The notes below the pieces were generated by a model. The model worked only from the letters and a program-made list of their open reading frames with translations. It was not told the DNA's origin and searched no databases. A DNA stretch of 64,000 nucleotides from Terriglobia bacterium. GTDB taxonomy: Bacteria; Acidobacteriota; Terriglobia; 20CM-2-55-15. The DNA lies in NCBI GenBank assembly GCA_963664115.2, contig CAXWPJ010000002.1, positions 864,001 through 928,000 of the forward strand. Reading direction: 5' to 3'. Positions 39,696 through 49,274 of this stretch are shown in pieces; the first letter of the stretch is position 1, and every line of letters begins with the position of its first letter. The translations under genes were made by a program, and so were the position numbers.

Positions 39696-39872
39696 AAGAT
39701 CTCTACTTGCAGGAATTCGGAGCTTCCTGAAGATCTCGCCGATCTTTAGGCTCTCATCGATCCCGTTATACCTTAATCACCGCCGCAGGATGTGAGTCGT
39801 TTCAAGTACGTTGAAGTTCTGGCAGGGCCCCCTGCGCACGCACTGGGCTCGCTTTTGATGGAATGGAAGCGA

Positions 39873-40616
39873 TCAGGAGTGGGTCGGATCACACCGAAGG
39901 AACTCGGGTAAATCGTTGGAGGCACCGTTCTCGCCCGTTGCATTCAGAGTAATGATCGGCCAACCGCGAGCCTTCGCAGCCCGACGGAGGCGGTTCGTTG
40001 GATTCGTTGCCACGGGATGCCCGGTCTGAGATAGCATCGGAATGTCGGCCGAACTGTCCGAGAATGCGCATGAAGCCTTCAGGTCCAGATCTTCGGCCTT
40101 GGCATACAAGCGAATGATGGCGGCCTTTTCGTCTCCCACGACCAGTCGCGGAAGGACTTTGCCCGTGGCTACGTGATCCAGGAACTCCAGGCGATTGCAG
40201 ATGATCTCGTCAAATCCGAGCTGCAGAGCGATCGGGCGCACCGTGAAATCCAGGTCACCGGTGACCAGGACGTTGCGGTAACCCAGTTCGCGGGTCCGGC
40301 GGACCAGGGCTTCCGATCCCGCATAAATGGAAGGCTTAAGAGTGACTTCAAATAGATCGTCGGCCAGGCCGATGAGGCGGTCCCGGTGCATTCCCCGGTA
40401 GGCCCGGAACAAGAACACATTGAAAGACTTTCGCGAATAGAGATCCAGAACGAAGAATATCGGGACCTTTATAAGCACGTTCAGAAACTTGAAGATCGAT
40501 TTCAGGATCGACCTGTCGTTTCGGGCATAGTAGGCATACGTCATGACGAGATTACACGACAGCAGAGTGCCGTCCAGATCGAAAAACGCCGCCTTTTTAT
40601 GTTTTTCCGTGTCCAA
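39873..40616 (-). CDS. HAD-IB family phosphatase
   Basis: AAFFDLDGTL (motif I), LVTG, conserved K, FSDSSAD, NP; TTG start. Confidence 0.88.
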   Translation of the reverse strand: MDTEKHKKAAFFDLDGTLLSCNLVMTYAYYARNDRSILKSIFKFLNVLIKVPIFFVLDLYSRKSFNVFLFRAYRGMHRDRLIGLADDLFEVTLKPSIYAGSEALVRRTRELGYRNVLVTGDLDFTVRPIALQLGFDEIICNRLEFLDHVATGKVLPRLVVGDEKAAIIRLYAKAEDLDLKASCAFSDSSADIPMLSQTGHPVATNPTNRLRRAAKARGWPIITLNATGENGASNDLPEFLRCDPTHS

Positions 40617-40642
40617 TCTACTGCGACCTCAAAATTCGAATG

Positions 40643-41437
40643 TTACACCAGACCCTGACCTCGCCGCCGATTAATGAATCGGACCAGAGCCGGGATCCAA
40701 GCCGCGGGAAGAAGTCGGACGACAAAAACGAAAATGCGGTTGAAGAATCCAGGAACGACGATGTGCGTTCCGCGGAGAGTCTCGACGTAGGCCACTCGGC
40801 CAGCGGCCTCGGCCGTCATGCCCGAGCGGCTGTTTCTTTCCGAAATACCTGCGCGGGAACGAAACTCGGTCTGTGTGACACCGGGGCAAAATAGGGTCAC
40901 GGTCACGCCCGTCTTCCTCAACTCGTTGGCCAGAGAAGACGAGAACGAAAGCAAGAACGCTTTCGAGGCCGCATACACGGACTGTAGTGGGACCGGAGAG
41001 AAAGAGTATACGGACGCCACGAACAGAAGCCGTCCCCTGCCGCGTGAGATCATGGCGGGCAACACCGTCCGGGTGAGTGTCAGCGTGGCCGTGAGCTGTA
41101 CATTCAGGAGGTCGATATTCTCGTCAATTGAGGTCGAAGCGAACGAGCCCTGGATGCCAAAGCCTGCGTTATTGACCAGCACCTCGTAAGTGTAGGGTTT
41201 GGACCCGAGCGCGGCGACCAGGCTCTCGACACCCTCTCGGGTGGACAAGTCTGCGGGAACGACTTCGGTTTCGACACTGTGTCTGCGGGCACATTCGGCG
41301 GCGACTTCGGCCAGAGCTACCTCGTTCCGGCCCGTGAGAAACAGATTGAAGCCCCCGGCCGCGAACTCAGAGGCCAGCGCTTTCCCGATCCCGGACGAAG
41401 CACCTGTGATAACCGCCCACTTCGAATCCGCACTCAT
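40643..41437 (-). CDS. SDR family NAD(P)-dependent oxidoreductase
   Basis: TGASSGIG, NNAG, YAASK; ATGA overlap with the AGPS-like gene. Confidence 0.92.
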   Translation of the reverse strand: MSADSKWAVITGASSGIGKALASEFAAGGFNLFLTGRNEVALAEVAAECARRHSVETEVVPADLSTREGVESLVAALGSKPYTYEVLVNNAGFGIQGSFASTSIDENIDLLNVQLTATLTLTRTVLPAMISRGRGRLLFVASVYSFSPVPLQSVYAASKAFLLSFSSSLANELRKTGVTVTLFCPGVTQTEFRSRAGISERNSRSGMTAEAAGRVAYVETLRGTHIVVPGFFNRIFVFVVRLLPAAWIPALVRFINRRRGQGLV

Positions 41438-43266
41438 CGAATCTCCGGATCTTGATTACCCGCGCCGAAAAGGTTCGAAGGATCCAGAGTCTTCTTCAGC
41501 TCGCGTTTCCATTGAAGCGCCGTCTCAGACATGATTCGCGGCAGGTATGCCTGCCGGAGTTTGCCCACCCCATGATGGTGCGACAGAGACCCACCGGCCT
41601 TCAAAATTTCGTCGCGTGCGGCGTCCTCCAATTCGAGATAGATCTTCTGCGGATCGGGAATCCCCTTGTAGTAGAAGCCGAAGTAGAAATAAATGCAGAC
41701 CCCGGTGCGGTAGACCTGTGTTACGCGCGCGGTGACGTAGGGCTTGCCGGGTAATCCCCGGCCCTCGTACTCGTCGATGAGGCGCCGTTTCACGTTGTCG
41801 ATAAGCCCGAGCGCACCGCTCCAGGACACGGAGGTCTCGAAAGACTCTGCGATAACGTAGTAACTCATGAGAAAGTCACGGATGTATGCGATGCTGAACG
41901 TCAGCTGATAGCCGCGCCTGCCGTTCTCGCTACCGGCCGCCATTCCCCCATGACGGGTGGCGATTCGATAGAGATCGCGCTGCTGCTGAGACACTTCCGA
42001 ACGAGAGCCTTCAAACACAAGCGTGCATGCCACCATCTTCTCAGGCTGAAACCCTTTGATCCGGGTAACGTAGAATCGTTGCGCTCTGCTCTTCAACACC
42101 GCTATTCCGGCTGCCCCGGCTGCCGGCTTCAATGCAAGTCCGAACTGAAACTGAAGGTTGTCCACCAGACGCACACTGGCTGGAGGGGTGGCTTCGCGCG
42201 CCAGGTCGTACATGAAGCCGAATCCGTCTTCGAAGGTCGGGAACAGGACCGATCCATACTCCTGCTTGTCCGGCAAGCTGAATATCTTCACGATTGCTGA
42301 AGTAATGATTCCAAGCGTGCCTTCCGAACCGAACATCAATTGACGCAGGTCGGAACCGACCGACTCACGCGGCGACACGCCCGTCCGCTCAAGAGCGCCG
42401 GAAGCCGTCGCAACCTTCACATCGAGCACTATGTCTTCAATATTGCCGTACCGATTCTTCTTCATGCCGCTGGCATTGGTCGCAATCCAACCGCCGAGCG
42501 TGGAAAATTCGACGCTGTCGGGTTCGTGGCCCATCGTGACACCGTACTTTTCCAGTTCCGCCACGATGCGACGCCCCGGGGCTCCCGCCTCGACGCAGGC
42601 CATCATGTTCTTGCGATCGACCCAGACGACCCGGTTCAAGCGGCTCATGTCGACTGAGACGATAGTGCGCTGCTCGTCCTCTCGACAGCGAAGGGCATCG
42701 GTCACGTTTGTGCCACCGCCATAGGGGATCAGCGAAACATCGTGCCTCTTCGCGGCGTCGACCAGGCTTGCGACCTGATCCTCGTCTTGCGGGTACACCA
42801 CGAGATCCGGGATGCGACCCAAATCGGCATACTTGATGGCATACATTTCTTCCTGGGTGTGGCCGTGTCCGTGCCGCAGCCGTACTTCACCGCTGGATTC
42901 GATTTGATCCGCCTTCAGGAACTCACCGATCGCGGACAGAAACCCTGGAGCGCTCCGCGGCGGCGGAATGGTGGGGGGGTAGTTTGGGGCGTTGAATTCT
43001 TTGGGGTCGACATCCACACCGAGGACCTTTCTCACCCAGGGCAAAAACCGCGGCAACTCCTGTCCACTGAGCTCATATCGGGTTCCACGGATGACGACGT
43101 GACCGTTCTCATTGAAATCAAAACGGGTGTCGCGAAATCCCCAGACATCAAGGCTTTCAGCTTCACTCGCGTCGTCCGCAGCTGGCGTTTCGGGAAATAT
43201 CAGGGAGCCGTCGTCATCAGCGCTCTCGGCGGCGATGGGGCGGGGAGGTGTGTTGTCCAGACTCAA
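41434..43266 (-). CDS. Alkyl-dihydroxyacetonephosphate synthase (AGPS/ADAS) homolog, FAD-binding
   Basis: HGHGHTQEE, IPYGGGTNV, GHEPDSVEFSTLGGW..NASGMKKNRYGNIED, PASVRLVDNLQFQFG, GYQLTFSIAYIRD, ESFETS, RVTQVY..GVCIYFYF, GGSLSHHHGVG. Start reassigned to TTG 43266. Confidence 0.88.
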   Translation of the reverse strand: MSLDNTPPRPIAAESADDDGSLIFPETPAADDASEAESLDVWGFRDTRFDFNENGHVVIRGTRYELSGQELPRFLPWVRKVLGVDVDPKEFNAPNYPPTIPPPRSAPGFLSAIGEFLKADQIESSGEVRLRHGHGHTQEEMYAIKYADLGRIPDLVVYPQDEDQVASLVDAAKRHDVSLIPYGGGTNVTDALRCREDEQRTIVSVDMSRLNRVVWVDRKNMMACVEAGAPGRRIVAELEKYGVTMGHEPDSVEFSTLGGWIATNASGMKKNRYGNIEDIVLDVKVATASGALERTGVSPRESVGSDLRQLMFGSEGTLGIITSAIVKIFSLPDKQEYGSVLFPTFEDGFGFMYDLAREATPPASVRLVDNLQFQFGLALKPAAGAAGIAVLKSRAQRFYVTRIKGFQPEKMVACTLVFEGSRSEVSQQQRDLYRIATRHGGMAAGSENGRRGYQLTFSIAYIRDFLMSYYVIAESFETSVSWSGALGLIDNVKRRLIDEYEGRGLPGKPYVTARVTQVYRTGVCIYFYFGFYYKGIPDPQKIYLELEDAARDEILKAGGSLSHHHGVGKLRQAYLPRIMSETALQWKRELKKTLDPSNLFGAGNQDPEIR

Positions 43267-43358
43267 GGGGCCAATTCTAATACAAGAGGGCGGTGCGCGA
43301 CAGTTTATCAGATGCCGAGGCGTTACCGCAGCTCGATTGCCGCTCCCCTGCGATTCTG

Positions 43359-43720
43359 TTACTCGAATGTGATTCGGTCGATCATCGGGGGGTCTTGATC
43401 CCCGAATTGGCGATGGACAACGTAGATATAATCGCCTACGGCCGCTCCCGTCGTCGATTGCCCTTCGTACGTTGCAACGCCGGCCACTTCCCCCGACATC
43501 CATCCGTCGTTATTCGTCAACGCCACGACACCGGCACCGCTATTGAATACGATAGCCAAGCGTGCGTCCGCCGCCCATACGAGTCCGTCGGGGCCGGCCA
43601 CGGGTTCGGCTAGATTCACCTGTCGCGTTTCAGCTGGATCGTCCATAGGCATTTTGTAAATATTTCCGCTGCCTATCACCAACAGATAGCCGTCCGGATG
43701 GTGAACGATACCGTTCAGGG
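43359..43720 (-). pseudogene. 5-prime-truncated SMP-30/gluconolactonase-like beta-propeller gene
   Basis: LNGIVHHPDGYLLV...GPDGLVW...TTGAAVGDYIYVV. It overlaps the radical SAM 3-prime end in another frame and has no N-terminal half. Confidence 0.6.
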
Positions 43721-44673
43721 CTGACCCTTCCATTGACAGGCTGGCACTTGGCACCCTGAATGACATTCAACTCGTCCATGCGTCGCCGTATACCCAGCAT
43801 GACTTCGTTGCGCGTCTTGCCCCAGTCGGGGGCGACGAGTAAGCTGAGGGGTGCTTCACCGAAAAGTCGCTCGATGACGATAGAAGGTTTGAGGCGCTCT
43901 ACGAATTCGCAGATCAAATCAAGATATTCCTCGAAGCTCATCAGAGGGAAGGGCTGCTCAAGGTATTCTCGAGCCATCGCCGTGCCGCGCACAATGTGCA
44001 GATGATGAATTTTGAGGGAATCAATGCCGACTCGCGACATTTCATCCGCCATAGAGAGCCATTGATCGCGGGTTTCCCATGGAAAGCCCAGAATCAGGTG
44101 TGCGGCGGTATGAAATGCCCGGCCGCGTGTGAGCTCCATCGCACGGATGAACGCGCTGTAGTCATGCCCCCGATTGATTCTCTGAAGAGTGTCGTCGTAG
44201 ATTGACTCCACACCGAATTCCAGTGAGACCAAGGTCTTCTGGGCGATCGTGTCGATCATTTCTATCTTTGCTTCGTCCACGCAATCGGGCCGTGTCCCTA
44301 TCGCCAGACCGACGACATCAGGATGTTCCAGCGCCTCGGTGTACAGCGCGCGCAGGTAATGGGTGTCGGCGTAAGTATTTGAGAACGGCTGAAAGTAGAC
44401 GATGAATTTGCGGGCTCCGATCCTCTTGCGCAGGTAGGCGATTCCCTTGGCAACCTGTTCGTGGATTGGTGCCGTCTTTATGGCGAGCGGAGGGCGGAAC
44501 GAGCTGTTGTTGCAGTAGGTACATCCACCCACCGCTACCGTGCCGTCCCGGTTGGGGCATGTGAAACCCGCGTCTACGATGACCTTGTGGACACGTTCAC
44601 CAAACCGCCCCTGCAGCCAATGGTTGTATGTCCGGTAGCGGTCAGTTTTTCCAGCGACTCCCGGGGTCGTCAT
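43630..44673 (-). CDS. yhcC: TIGR01212 family radical SAM protein (YhcC-like)
   Basis: DAGFTCPNRDG...GGCTYC, YFQPFSNTY, IGTRPDC, RINRGH, LKIHHLHIVRGT. The C-terminal tail looks aberrant and the start is uncertain. Confidence 0.88.
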   Translation of the reverse strand: MTTPGVAGKTDRYRTYNHWLQGRFGERVHKVIVDAGFTCPNRDGTVAVGGCTYCNNSSFRPPLAIKTAPIHEQVAKGIAYLRKRIGARKFIVYFQPFSNTYADTHYLRALYTEALEHPDVVGLAIGTRPDCVDEAKIEMIDTIAQKTLVSLEFGVESIYDDTLQRINRGHDYSAFIRAMELTRGRAFHTAAHLILGFPWETRDQWLSMADEMSRVGIDSLKIHHLHIVRGTAMAREYLEQPFPLMSFEEYLDLICEFVERLKPSIVIERLFGEAPLSLLVAPDWGKTRNEVMLGIRRRMDELNVIQGAKCQPVNGRVSPERYRSPSGRLSVGDRQRKYLQNAYGRSS

Positions 44674-45415
44674 TGTCACGGTCTCTCTGTTCCTGCCTGC
44701 GGTTGTAATAGACTTCAAACTTGCGGCGCAATCTCTCGCGTTTCCATCGGTCGTAGTATTCGCGGAATTTGCGGGTAGAGAGGCCCCCTCTGAGGTAGAG
44801 GTAGCCGAATATCATGCCTCCAAGGTGGGCGACGTGAGCCACTCCACCACCGCTTCCCCCAGAGAATGATGCCAGGAAGGCCATGCCTCCGATGAACATG
44901 ACGTAGTACTTCACTTTCACCGGGATCATAAAAGGAATGAGAAGCATCTCTCGATTTGGAAACAGTAGGCCGTAGGCGAGCAGGATGCCGTAAATAGATC
45001 CAGAGGCACCGATCGTGGGGATCGTCGAACCCGGGCTAGCTACAACGCTCGATATACCCGCACCGATCCCACAGATGAAGAAAAATTTTACAAACTCACG
45101 TGTTCCCCAGACGCTCTCCAGTTCTCTGCCGAACATCCACAACGCGAACATATTGAACAGAATGTGGAAGAAGCCGCCGTGAAGGAAAATGTAGGTGACG
45201 AGCTGCCAGACGGCAAGGCTGCCAATGACGGCTGCAGGCGTCAGGCCGAAGCTGCTAATGAGCGATATCTGGAAGGCCCTTCCGCCCAGGGTCTGAAGCA
45301 CATAGACAGCCGCGCAGATGATCAGGATGATCTTGATCGCTTTCGTCAGGCCGCCACCGCTTATGGACGCGTAGGCAGGGCGTCCGCCGTAATTGCCTCG
45401 ATAATAGCGGGTCAA
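44642..45415 (-). CDS. Rhomboid family intramembrane serine protease
   Basis: WQLVTYIFLH..FHILFNM, IGASG, AHVAHLGG; probable TTG start at 45415. Confidence 0.9.
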   Translation of the reverse strand: MTRYYRGNYGGRPAYASISGGGLTKAIKIILIICAAVYVLQTLGGRAFQISLISSFGLTPAAVIGSLAVWQLVTYIFLHGGFFHILFNMFALWMFGRELESVWGTREFVKFFFICGIGAGISSVVASPGSTIPTIGASGSIYGILLAYGLLFPNREMLLIPFMIPVKVKYYVMFIGGMAFLASFSGGSGGGVAHVAHLGGMIFGYLYLRGGLSTRKFREYYDRWKRERLRRKFEVYYNRRQEQRDRDNDDPGSRWKN

Positions 45416-45582
45416 TCTAATCGTCCTTGGGCCGGAGAAAGCGGCCCGCATAGAACAGGCTGGCGCCGATGGCCGCCGTTTGCAACATGGGTCCCATGTC
45501 TCCAAAGTAAATCAGGAGTGCTTCCATCGTGACAATGAGCCCGACTAATTGAAGACCGGCTGATGCGTAGTAGCGTATCATT

Positions 45583-45655
45583 CTCTCTCGGAAACGCGGC
45601 CCGCAGCCTCTCTCGGAAAGGCGTCCCGCAGCTCACTCGAAAGGGCATCCGGAGT
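45583..45655. repeat. Three degenerate tandem 25-bp repeats in a divergent intergenic region
   Basis: CTCTCTCGGAAACGCGGCCCGCAGC, CTCTCTCGGAAAGGCGTCCCGCAGC (23/25), TCACTCGAAAGGGCATCCGGAGT. Confidence 0.7.
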
Positions 45656-45728
45656 TGCGGCAACGCGTGAAACCTCAATTGTAACAACACGAAGGTAAAG
45701 TCTGAAGGGTTGCCTTTCTGGAACTTAA

Positions 45729-46313
45729 GTGATGCTTCCTTGGCTCGTCGTTCTAAAGATTCTTGCCAGTTTCCTCCTGGGGGCCGTTCCCTTTGCGGTG
45801 ATTGCGGTCTGGGGGACGGGCATCGATATTACGAGAGCCGGTTCCCAAAATCCTGGCTTCAATAACGTCCTTCGCGTATCTTCCCGCTCGCGGGCTGTCT
45901 TCGCGCTGATTGGAGACCTATCCAAGGGCGCCGCCGCAGTCGCGATATTATCTGCCGTTTCTGATCCTGTCTGGTTTCGCTGGAGTCTCGGACTCGCCGC
46001 GGTGGGAGGGCACTGTTGGACACCGTTTTTGAAATTCAAAGGTGGAAAAGGTGTCGCTACGATGGCAGGCGCCTTGCTGTATCTGGACGTCCAGATCACA
46101 GGTATTTGCCTGATCCTCTACCCGACTCTCCGCCTGTTCGGCCGGAGAATGGGGTGGGCTCAGGAAGGCGCCATCTCGTCCATGACGACGATGTCGGTAA
46201 TCGCGGGGACGATCCTGACACTGCGCGGTAGCGAAGCGGGGGCCTTCGCCTTCCTCGCCCTCGCCATCGTCATCCTCCGCCATTCCCCCAACATCCGCCA
46301 GCTATTCAAGTAA
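45729..46313 (+). CDS. plsY: PlsY-family acyl-phosphate:glycerol-3-phosphate acyltransferase (variant motif 1)
   Basis: FLLGAVPF, GSQNPGFNNVLR, DLSKG, GHCW, FKGGKGVAT, RHSPNI. Confidence 0.85.
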   Translation: MMLPWLVVLKILASFLLGAVPFAVIAVWGTGIDITRAGSQNPGFNNVLRVSSRSRAVFALIGDLSKGAAAVAILSAVSDPVWFRWSLGLAAVGGHCWTPFLKFKGGKGVATMAGALLYLDVQITGICLILYPTLRLFGRRMGWAQEGAISSMTTMSVIAGTILTLRGSEAGAFAFLALAIVILRHSPNIRQLFK

Positions 46314-46325
46314 GAGAAAGACTTT

Positions 46326-46485
46326 TCACCGCAAAGACGCAAAGGAAGAATGGCTGCCTACACTTCTTATCAGCAGGATTTTTGGTTTCGCAAGAAAGCT
46401 GTCGGAACCCTTAACGTCAGGTAAACCGAAGCTCCACCCAGCCAAGATCCCTTTGCGTCTTTGCGCCTTTGCGCCTTTGCGGTTC
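46326..46485. repeat. Inverted array of cgcaaag/ctttgcg units
   Basis: ccgcaaag-acgcaaag ... ctttgcg x4 between convergent genes. Confidence 0.65.
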
Positions 46486-46500
46486 ATTCTTCCTTTCTCT

Positions 46501-47433
46501 TCACGGAACGAACATGCGGATGGCGGTGGGGAGAACGGTAATTTCCAGAGGGAGTTGTCCCAAAGGTTCGCCGTCGATTTCGATTCTGGTCGTATGCGGG
46601 GATTTTGCCGCCAGCTGTTTCACACGGCTGTGGTGGATTTTCGGGTGGTCATAGATCTGCCCATTGAAGAGGATGCGGCTATTTCGGATGATTTCCAAAA
46701 GCGAAAGCTTTTCGATCAGCGTCACGTCGAGGAATCCGTCGTTCGGAATGGCCCGCGGACAGATGTGCATTCCGGCCCCGTGGTACTGGCCGTTTCCAAC
46801 GGCAACGTTCGCGATTCGGAATTTGCGCCATTCGCCGCCGTCTGCCTGAATTGATACGTCATTCCCCCTGAAGCCGAGACCTGTAATTGCCGTTGCCGTT
46901 AAGAAAGCCGCCCTACCTCCCAAAGGCTTGGACGAGCGGTTGGCTCGTTCCGCAACCGCCCCACCCATGCCGAAGCTCGTAATATTGAGCGCGTACCGGG
47001 TTCGGTTCGCGCCCGTCGTATCCTGAAAAACAACGCGCATGGCATCAAGAACAGCGGTCTCGCCACGATCGATAACGCCGATGGCCTCGTCTTCACTAAG
47101 AGGCAGATTTACGGTTCGACGGAAGTCCGAACCCGTTCCCTGGGGAATGAGTCCCAGAGTCACGGTGGTATTCGGAGCACCTTCCGACAGGATTCCGTTG
47201 ACGGTTTCGTTCAGTGTCCCGTCTCCGCCTACTATGATTATCGTGCTGTAGCCCGATCGAACGGCTTCCTCGGACAACTCGATCGTATGTCCGGCGGATT
47301 CGGTCTGCATCACGTCAATTCGAGGACATGCCAGTGCGAGCTTGGCCTGGATTCTGCTCCAGTTGCGGCCGGTCTTTCCGTTGGCGGATTGCGGATTGAC
47401 GATAACGGCTACGGGTTGTCCATCGCTTTGCAT
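46501..47433 (-). CDS. Diacylglycerol kinase family lipid kinase (YegS/DgkB-like)
   Basis: NPQS, GGDGT, GTGSDF, NGQYHGAG, DGFLD, IDGE. Confidence 0.9.
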   Translation of the reverse strand: MQSDGQPVAVIVNPQSANGKTGRNWSRIQAKLALACPRIDVMQTESAGHTIELSEEAVRSGYSTIIIVGGDGTLNETVNGILSEGAPNTTVTLGLIPQGTGSDFRRTVNLPLSEDEAIGVIDRGETAVLDAMRVVFQDTTGANRTRYALNITSFGMGGAVAERANRSSKPLGGRAAFLTATAITGLGFRGNDVSIQADGGEWRKFRIANVAVGNGQYHGAGMHICPRAIPNDGFLDVTLIEKLSLLEIIRNSRILFNGQIYDHPKIHHSRVKQLAAKSPHTTRIEIDGEPLGQLPLEITVLPTAIRMFVP

Positions 47434-47666
47434 CAACTGTTCGTTCGGAGAAAGGCCACGGTGTTAACGATCTGTCTGTCGAGATTGTCACCCCTGATCG
47501 TTTCGATCCTCGCGTTGTTCTCTTATGGTGAAGCGACGCGGCACTGGGGGCGCAGCCGTCGGTCCCTGAATCTTTCTATGGATTGTTCAAGGAGAGAGTC
47601 GATCACATGGCGACCAACAATCCTGTAGCGCCCGTGACCAGAATGCGTTTAATCGGAACAGACGTT

Positions 47667-49274
47667 TCATGAAACAGGGATGTTGATGGACTGCTCCAGG
47701 GCCTTCATCTGCTTGGCGAACATGGGGCGAATCCACCGTTCAATGCCCTTGGTGTGGATATTGACCCAGTAGTCGGCCCAATCGATATCTTCAGGAGTCC
47801 ACTGAAGGCGTTCCTGGTCTTTTGGTGTAAGCAAGTTGTAGGCGCGCCGAATGTTTCCGGTTTCGAAAATGAAGCTGTTATGCACCATGAAAGGAAGGAA
47901 TTTATCCAGAGTTTGTTCCTGCTGTCGCAGTTGCCGACGCGTGATTCTCAGGTTCCGCAAATAGGAGTTCATGATGCGTGATCCGAGAATCACCTTCAAG
48001 AAGTTGAACGTCGCCTGGATCAAGTCCAGCCCCCAACGTACTCGCTTGCGGCTTGCCGCCAGTTGGGAAACGCTTACGACTTCGGTTTCGACGTAGGCCT
48101 TCCAGACATTGGCAAGCTTGTTGCCGCTTGTCTTGTGTTTGTGCTTGTAACGGGAATTTGTTCCCAGAAATCCGACCAGACGCGGCAGCATGATGGGATT
48201 GTCGGCAGCTGTCGCCAGGTGGTACACCGTCTCACCGCGGTCGGCCAGCACCGCAGCCGTCGCGATGAGGATGCCGGCGGCTATCAGGTCGACCGGAATA
48301 ATCTCCAGCGATCCGTCCTTCCTGACCGGCCACGCTTTGACCCCTTCACCGCCCATCAGGACCAGGGGCGCCGACGTTGTCATTCCCTCATTCCAACCGG
48401 GAAATGGGAACGCGAGCGAGGATTCGACGATCGCAGGTCGCACGATGCAGTACTTCAAACCCTCTGTGCGGGCGATGAGCTGTTCGCCCATGCTTTTCGC
48501 ATAGGTGTAGGTATTGATCCATCCCCAGTGCTCCGCCCGCTCCATACCGCCGTCCCGGAGCAATATTTTGTCTTCGGTTTCTCCGATGAATTGTTCGCAC
48601 CACTCGAGTTCACGCGTGACGTCGAATCGACGGTCTTCGGGCCCTTCGCGTCCGGGGTAGTAACCGACGATCGGTGTATCTTCCGGAATACGGCCACTCT
48701 TCTTGCCTCCGACGTAGCAGGTCGAGATATGGACGAGTTTGGCATCGAGCACCTGTACCAGTTCGATCAGATTTTGGATGCCGTATACGTTCGTGATGAG
48801 AGATTCGTTTAGCGGTGGATCGAACTCCACCAACCCCGCCGAATTGATGACGACGTCTACCGTGTCGGTGAGTGCGGCCAGTTGCTCGGCCCGGATGCCA
48901 CACATGGGGGCGCTCAGATCGCCTTCTACAATGGAGGTGCGGTGCCGGATCGAGTCCACACCTATGCGTTCCACAATCGCCTGAAGGGGAGGGGATTTGA
49001 GTATTTCGTTGAGGAAACGCTGTTCACCCGAGACGTTCTTTTTAGGCCTGACCTGTATGATGAGGTGCCTCAGTTCCGGGAATCGGTCCAGCATCATGGC
49101 CAGCAGGACTTTCCCGACGAATCCCGTCCCACCCAGCAAAAGAATCGTTTTACTTCGGAATTGATCGATGGCAGAGATTTCTCCGGTACCTCGAGGGCGT
49201 CTGGTGTCGGTAGGGACGTATTGACCCTGGACAGGGTCAAAACGCCACGAGGAGAGTTGGCCTTCGTCGCTCAT
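47667..49274 (-). CDS. Fatty acyl-CoA reductase (male-sterility/NAD_binding_4 extended SDR)
   Basis: GGTGFVGKV, NSAGLVEFD, HISTCYV, GWINTYTYAKSMGE, RPAIVESS..PFPGWNEG, IPVD, IDWADY. Confidence 0.85.
   Translation of the reverse strand: MSDEGQLSSWRFDPVQGQYVPTDTRRPRGTGEISAIDQFRSKTILLLGGTGFVGKVLLAMMLDRFPELRHLIIQVRPKKNVSGEQRFLNEILKSPPLQAIVERIGVDSIRHRTSIVEGDLSAPMCGIRAEQLAALTDTVDVVINSAGLVEFDPPLNESLITNVYGIQNLIELVQVLDAKLVHISTCYVGGKKSGRIPEDTPIVGYYPGREGPEDRRFDVTRELEWCEQFIGETEDKILLRDGGMERAEHWGWINTYTYAKSMGEQLIARTEGLKYCIVRPAIVESSLAFPFPGWNEGMTTSAPLVLMGGEGVKAWPVRKDGSLEIIPVDLIAAGILIATAAVLADRGETVYHLATAADNPIMLPRLVGFLGTNSRYKHKHKTSGNKLANVWKAYVETEVVSVSQLAASRKRVRWGLDLIQATFNFLKVILGSRIMNSYLRNLRITRRQLRQQEQTLDKFLPFMVHNSFIFETGNIRRAYNLLTPKDQERLQWTPEDIDWADYWVNIHTKGIERWIRPMFAKQMKALEQSINIPVS

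Noticed and set aside
43267-43503. N-terminal 79-aa extension of the AGPS ORF
   Set aside because: It overlaps the SMP-30-like remnant in another frame and has non-protein-like composition.
43630-44673. Radical SAM as a membrane-spanning-lipid or GDGT synthase of the lipid cluster
   Set aside because: Motifs match the widespread TIGR01212/YhcC family; there is no B12-binding domain or other link to lipids beyond proximity.
45583-45655. CRISPR array
   Set aside because: Repeats are contiguous with no unique spacers, and there are no cas genes in the window.
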